Source: an uncultured Candidatus Saccharibacteria bacterium (GTDB taxonomy: Bacteria; Patescibacteriota; Minisyncoccia; JAHIHE01; JAGLIN01). Taken from it: a DNA stretch of 40,756 nucleotides. Shown in pieces: positions 36,665 through 40,756 of the stretch. Under the pieces are notes generated by a model. It ran no database searches. It worked only from the letters and a program-made list of their open reading frames with translations, and was not told the origin of the DNA. The stretch lies in NCBI GenBank assembly GCA_964412905.1, contig CAYPQL010000002.1:1-40756 (forward strand), written 5' to 3'. How positions within the stretch are numbered: position 1 is the stretch's first letter; each line of letters begins with the position of its first letter. Position numbers and translations under genes: made by a program.

Positions 36665-38537
36665 AAACAGAAAAGCTCTTGATATGGAAGAGTTTTTTTT
36701 AGACTCCGCGGCCAAGGACGGCGGCAGCATTGAGATTCCTTTGGACGATAAAAACATAAAAACATTCAAAAAAATATTTTTTCTTATTTTACTGGCGCTT
36801 GTTCTTCAAGCGGCGTATTTGCAAATAATAAAAGGAGAGCGTTACGCGGAGATTTCGGAAAATAATTATAAAAGAGCCGTTGCCATAAAATCTCCGAGAG
36901 GAATAATCTATGACAAATTCGGCAAGCAAATCGTTTATAATGTGCCGATTTTTGATCTCGTTATCATCCCGTCTGATTTTCTGAAAGATAAAAACAGCGT
37001 GAAGCAAAAAACGGAAAAGCTTTCCGAAATAACTGAGATGCCTAAAGATAATTTGGAAGATCAGATTAATAAGATGGACGGATTTTCATATCAGCCGGTT
37101 CTGGTTTTGGGGAATATAGAAAAAGACAAAGCGCTGATCATGGAAGAAAAGATAAAAGGAATTGACGGAGCGGAGCTTGAAAAAAACGCCGGACGAAATT
37201 ATATTGATGGCGAATATGTTTCAAACATAATAGGCTATAGCGGCAGAATAAATGAAACTGAATTAGAAAATTATCCCGGATATTTTCTTACTGATACGAT
37301 AGGAAAAGACGGGCTGGAATTGTTTTATGAAAAACGGCTCAGAGGGGAGTATGGGAAAGAAGAAATTGAAGTGGATTCTTTCGGGAAAAAAATAAGGACG
37401 GTAAAAAAAGAAGACCCTGTTTCCGGTGGTAATTTGATTTTGAATATGGATTTTGAATTGCAGAAAAAAATATATAATGAGCTGGAAAAAGTTATCACGG
37501 AAATCAAAACCGGAGCGGGAGCTTCCGTTGTTGCCATAAATCCGAAAAACGGCGCGGTTCTGGCGCTGGTTAATTTTCCTTCTTACGACAATAATCTTTT
37601 CGCAAAAGGCATAAGTTTCGGTGATTATAATAAATTGCTGAACGATAAAACCAGCCCGCTTTTTAATCGTTCAATTGCCGGGGAATATCCGCCGGGATCA
37701 ACTTTCAAAATGGCGGTCGGCGCCGGCGTTTTGCAGGAAAAAATTATATCTCCCAATTATAAAATAATTGATAAAGGGGTAATTTATGTCGGATCCTATT
37801 CTTTTTTGGGCTGGAAAGCGCTGGGCGCGGTTGATTTTATAAAGGCGGTTTCCCAGTCTTCCAATATTTATTTTTATACGGTCGGCGGAGGATACGGCGA
37901 AATAGAAGGACTGGGAGCTGAGAGAATTAAAAAATACGCGAAATTGTTCGGGTTTGGAAGCGCGCTGGGCATTGATCTTCCCGGAGAAAAATCGGGGCTT
38001 GTTCCGAACGAACAATGGAAAAAAGACACTAGAAATGAAATATGGTATATCGGAGACACTTATCATATGTCAATCGGACAAGGCGATGTTTTGGCGACCC
38101 CCCTTCAAGTCGCAAGCTATATCGCCGCGATTGCCAACGGCGGAAAATTATTTCAGCCGCAAGTGGTTGACAAGGTTATAGATTCTGAGGGAAATATAAT
38201 TGAAGACATAAATCCGAAAATAATCAGGGAAAATTTCATAGACGCGTTCAATTTGGAATGGATTCAAAAGGGAATGAGAGAAAATGTCGCGTCCGGTTCC
38301 GGAATAGCGCTCAAAGATTTGCAGTTTGAAGTTGCCGGAAAAACCGGAACCGCGCAATATTACGGCAATCAAAAAACGCATGCCTGGTATGTCGCATACG
38401 CTCCTTACAACGATCCTGAAATCGCTTTGGCAATTATAGTTGAAGGCGGAGGAGAAGGCCACACCACCGCCGTGCCGATCGCGAAGGAAGTTTTGAGGTG
38501 GTATTTTGAAACTAGGAAATTAGAAATTAGAAATTAG
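36636..38537 (+). CDS. mrdA: penicillin-binding protein 2 (elongasome transpeptidase)
   Basis: STFK (PPGSTFKM), SxN (SQSSN) and KTGT (AGKTGTAQ) motifs, plus an N-terminal TM anchor. The last residues (RKLEIRN) are encoded by a heptamer array. Confidence 0.92.
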   Translation: MKKDYFIKNKNRKALDMEEFFLDSAAKDGGSIEIPLDDKNIKTFKKIFFLILLALVLQAAYLQIIKGERYAEISENNYKRAVAIKSPRGIIYDKFGKQIVYNVPIFDLVIIPSDFLKDKNSVKQKTEKLSEITEMPKDNLEDQINKMDGFSYQPVLVLGNIEKDKALIMEEKIKGIDGAELEKNAGRNYIDGEYVSNIIGYSGRINETELENYPGYFLTDTIGKDGLELFYEKRLRGEYGKEEIEVDSFGKKIRTVKKEDPVSGGNLILNMDFELQKKIYNELEKVITEIKTGAGASVVAINPKNGAVLALVNFPSYDNNLFAKGISFGDYNKLLNDKTSPLFNRSIAGEYPPGSTFKMAVGAGVLQEKIISPNYKIIDKGVIYVGSYSFLGWKALGAVDFIKAVSQSSNIYFYTVGGGYGEIEGLGAERIKKYAKLFGFGSALGIDLPGEKSGLVPNEQWKKDTRNEIWYIGDTYHMSIGQGDVLATPLQVASYIAAIANGGKLFQPQVVDKVIDSEGNIIEDINPKIIRENFIDAFNLEWIQKGMRENVASGSGIALKDLQFEVAGKTGTAQYYGNQKTHAWYVAYAPYNDPEIALAIIVEGGGEGHTTAVPIAKEVLRWYFETRKLEIRN

Positions 38538-38549
38538 AAATTGGAGATG
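38515..38549. repeat. heptamer array (GAAATTA/TAGAAAT x4-5) spanning the mrdA stop
   Basis: Direct read. Same unit family as the arrays at 11052-11079 and (in complement) 8791-8825. Confidence 0.9.
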
Positions 38550-38590
38550 AAAAATAATAAATTATCTTGAATTGCGAAATGAGTTGAAAG

Positions 38591-38675
38591 TGTCATTTCG
38601 AGCACCTTGCGAGAAATCTGTATGCGGGAGAAATATCTAAAGTTTATAGATTTCTCGTTGATACTCGAAATGACA
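38591..38675. repeat. palindromic MITE-like element, family A
   Basis: TGTCATTTCGAGC..GCGAGAAATCT..AGATTTCTCGT..ACTCGAAATGACA. Intergenic. Confidence 0.85.
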
Positions 38676-38704
38676 AATTTTATTTAGATAAAATATTATA
38701 TCTT

Positions 38705-39085
38705 ATGAACACTCACGAACAAAATTGCGAACAGATATTTTGCAGGGCGTGCCAGGTTTTGAAACTTGACGGTTTTTCGTTTAAGCCGAAAGTGATCAGG
38801 GCGGGGGACGGGTACGTGAGGAACTATAAGTTGGGTTATACAAACTTGAAATCAAAACTTGTCGTGGTTGACATATACACGCAAAAGACGAAGAAGCAAA
38901 AAAAATACAGCGGCATTCTGGCTGTAATCGCGCACGAGCTGGCGCATCACCAGAAAAAGCCCTATCGCCAATTTTATAAATTTCGCTGGATAAACCGCAT
39001 TCACTATCCCGAATTTTACGAGCGGGTGACGAAAAATATTGAGAAGTTTAAAAAGGATGAATTGCTGAGGCAGCTTTATGAATAA
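38705..39085 (+). CDS. small HExxH protein (YgjP/SprT-like metallopeptidase fold suspected)
   Basis: AVIAHELAHH followed by H..EFY..V resembles the DUF45/YgjP signature. N-terminal Cys pair (CEQIFCRAC). Confidence 0.6.
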   Translation: MNTHEQNCEQIFCRACQVLKLDGFSFKPKVIRAGDGYVRNYKLGYTNLKSKLVVVDIYTQKTKKQKKYSGILAVIAHELAHHQKKPYRQFYKFRWINRIHYPEFYERVTKNIEKFKKDELLRQLYE

Positions 39086-39096
39086 AATAAAATAAA

Positions 39097-39134
39097 TTTT
39101 CAATTTTCAATTTCTAATTTTCATTAAATTTTCA
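39097..39134. repeat. heptamer array (TTTTCAA-type) abutting the mnmA start
   Basis: Direct read. Confidence 0.85.
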
Positions 39135-40253
39135 ATGAAACAATTTTCAAATAAAAAAAAAGTAATTGTGGGAATGTCGGGGGGAGTGGATTCTGCGGTG
39201 GCGGCGATATTGCTTAAAAATCAAGGCTATGAAGTCGCGGGGGTTTTTATGCATTTTTGGCATGATGTCGCGGATAAGCTGGAAAATATTGATATGCGTA
39301 TAGAAAATAAATGTTGCAGCCGCGAGGCGGAGGAAAGCGCGAGGAAGGTGGCGCAGAAGCTGGGGATTAAATTTTACTCCGTCAATGTTTCCAAAGAATT
39401 TAAGAAAGCTGTCGTGGATTATTTTCTTGATGAATATAATTCTGGCAGAACGCCAAATCCGTGCGTGGAATGCAATCGTGAAATTAAGTTTGGCATAATG
39501 ATAGACAAAGCATTGGCGATGGGCGCGGATTATGTGGCGACGGGACACTATGTCAGAAAACTAAAAACTAAAAACGAAAAACGAAAAACGGTTTATAAAT
39601 TGCTAAAAGCTAAAGACGCAAATAAGGATCAGTCGTATTTTCTTTATACTCTAACTCAAAAGAAATTGAAGCATTGCTTGTTTCCGATAGGGGATTATAC
39701 AAAGACGGAAGTTAGGGAAATGGCTAAAAAATACAAACTTGAAATTCACGACAAAAAAGAGAGTCAAGAAATTTGTTTTATCCAAACAAAATATTACGGA
39801 GATTTTTTGAGGAAATATCTGAAATTAGTTCCGGGGAAAATAGTTGATAAAAATGGCAATATGTTAGGAGAACACAAAGGACTGCCTCTTTACACAATCG
39901 GACAGAGAAGAGACATCGGAATCGGCGGAACCGGGCCGTATTATGTGGTTGGAATGAACCGCAGAAAAAATCAGCTTATCGTAAGCGATAATATAAATGA
40001 TAAAAATTTATTTTCAAAAGAGCTTATTGCCAAAAAAGTAAATTGGATTTCGGGAAACATTCCTAATTTCCCTCTTAAAATAAAAGCAAAAGTAAGATAT
40101 AGAATGAGCGAAGAATTTGCGGTTGTAGATAAAATCAAAGAAAAATACGCAATAAAATTTTTAAAACCCCAGCGCGCGGTTATGCCAGGACAATCAATTG
40201 TTTTTTATAAAGGAGACGAGCTGTTTGGCGGAGGGATTATAGAAAAGCGATAA
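39135..40253 (+). CDS. mnmA: tRNA 2-thiouridine(34) synthase MnmA
   Basis: PP-loop (VIVGMSGGVDSAVAA), NPCVECNREIKFG and DQSYFLY. Confidence 0.93.
   Translation: MKQFSNKKKVIVGMSGGVDSAVAAILLKNQGYEVAGVFMHFWHDVADKLENIDMRIENKCCSREAEESARKVAQKLGIKFYSVNVSKEFKKAVVDYFLDEYNSGRTPNPCVECNREIKFGIMIDKALAMGADYVATGHYVRKLKTKNEKRKTVYKLLKAKDANKDQSYFLYTLTQKKLKHCLFPIGDYTKTEVREMAKKYKLEIHDKKESQEICFIQTKYYGDFLRKYLKLVPGKIVDKNGNMLGEHKGLPLYTIGQRRDIGIGGTGPYYVVGMNRRKNQLIVSDNINDKNLFSKELIAKKVNWISGNIPNFPLKIKAKVRYRMSEEFAVVDKIKEKYAIKFLKPQRAVMPGQSIVFYKGDELFGGGIIEKR
39557..39591. repeat. heptamer array (AAAACTA x2, AAAACGA x2, AAAACGG) inside mnmA
   Basis: Direct read. Encodes KLKTKNEKRKT. Confidence 0.9.
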
Positions 40254-40327
40254 AAATTACCATCCTGCAACTATTTGCTTGACAGGATTGTTATAATAAT
40301 GTTATATTCTTTTTAGGAGAGATATCT

Positions 40328-40507
40328 ATGTCAGAACCAAAGATTGACAAAGAAAATGCGCAAAGGATTACTAGAAATATTTTAGCAGAGGCTGAAAGAA
40401 GAAGAGGGGAACAAAAAAAGGAACATAATCTTCAAGTAAAATATGAGGGAGAAAAAAGAAGATCGGAAATGCTAGGTAGATTTATTGAAGTAATTCAAGG
40501 AGTTTAA
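40328..40507 (+). CDS. small basic/helical hypothetical protein (59 aa)
   Basis: Below the ORF-track cutoff. SD TAGGAGAG lies about 8 nt upstream of the ATG, and a clean terminator follows the ORF. Confidence 0.55.
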   Translation: MSEPKIDKENAQRITRNILAEAERRRGEQKKEHNLQVKYEGEKRRSEMLGRFIEVIQGV

Positions 40508-40543
40508 TTTTAAATGTTTGTTTTAAAATAACCAAAGCAAACG

Positions 40544-40570
40544 AAAGGACAAAAGTCCTTTATTTTTTTA
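40544..40570 (+). terminator. intrinsic terminator
   Basis: Stem AAAGGAC / GTCCTTT with loop AAAA, followed by ATTTTTTTA. Confidence 0.75.
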
Positions 40571-40614
40571 TTTATTTAGGCTATAATGGGTTTGTTGCGG
40601 ACAGTGCAATAATA

Positions 40615-40661
40615 TACTTAATACTTAATACTTAATACTTAATACTTAATACTTAATACTT
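40615..40661. repeat. heptamer tandem array (TACTTAA x6-7) running into the alaS ATG
   Basis: Direct read. The last unit overlaps the start codon (TACTTATG). Confidence 0.92.
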
Positions 40662-40748
40662 ATGCTCACTTCCAAAGAACTTCGTAAAAAATATATTGAA
40701 TTTTTTAAAGATAAAAACCACAAGGAAATTCCGTCATATTTTACTTGA
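40662..40748 (+). pseudogene. alaS: alanine--tRNA ligase 5' end, interrupted at codon 29 (window edge)
   Basis: MLTSKELRKKYIEFFKDKNHKEIPS matches the AlaRS N-terminus, but the frame hits TGA at 40746-40748. A shifted frame reads ILLEDY, as expected for AlaRS, which suggests a 1-nt indel near 40737. Confidence 0.4.
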
Positions 40749-40756
40749 AGATTATG

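Noticed and set aside
40615-40661. Tandem arrays as CRISPR repeats (also applies to the other arrays)
   Set aside because: The units are only 7-9 nt long and directly adjacent with no spacers, and no cas genes are present.

Overview
AT-rich bacterial chromosomal window made mostly of compact housekeeping genes: leuS, metG, proS, the start of alaS, gyrB, map, holB, frr, rseP, mreBCD-mrdA, mnmA, rsmI, tatD, a FemAB-type transferase, an M16 peptidase and an AI-2E transporter. The gene style (aaRS genes with odd insertions, K/E-rich hypotheticals, dense short repeats) tentatively suggests a Patescibacteria/CPR-like genome, but this is inference only. The genetic code is standard, because TAA, TAG and TGA each terminate conserved genes. 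Five things stand out. (1) An ~8 kb accessory island (24.1-32.2 kb) lies between a dead 66-codon proS 5' fragment and an intact but divergent proS. It carries a Type III-like R-M system in the order res, Schlafen/AlbA_2-type ATPase, mod, plus a decayed DUF2130 gene tail; res has one in-frame TAG. (2) leuS is about 1160 codons long, is split by one in-frame TAA, and carries an inserted Nudix domain and an ASCH-like domain. (3) Seven copies of two related palindromic MITE-like elements (TGTCATT...AATGACA) are present, and one sits in frame inside metG. (4) Heptamer/octamer tandem arrays abut many start and stop codons. They also occur in frame inside leuS, metG, mnmA, the FemAB-type gene and the mrdA tail. 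(5) A relatively GC-rich, hairpin-dense ~380-nt non-coding block (2.3-2.7 kb) is a candidate structured RNA of unassigned class. No rRNA, tRNA, CRISPR array, integrase or transposase was recognised. All calls come from reading the sequence by eye and recalling motifs; no searches were run.
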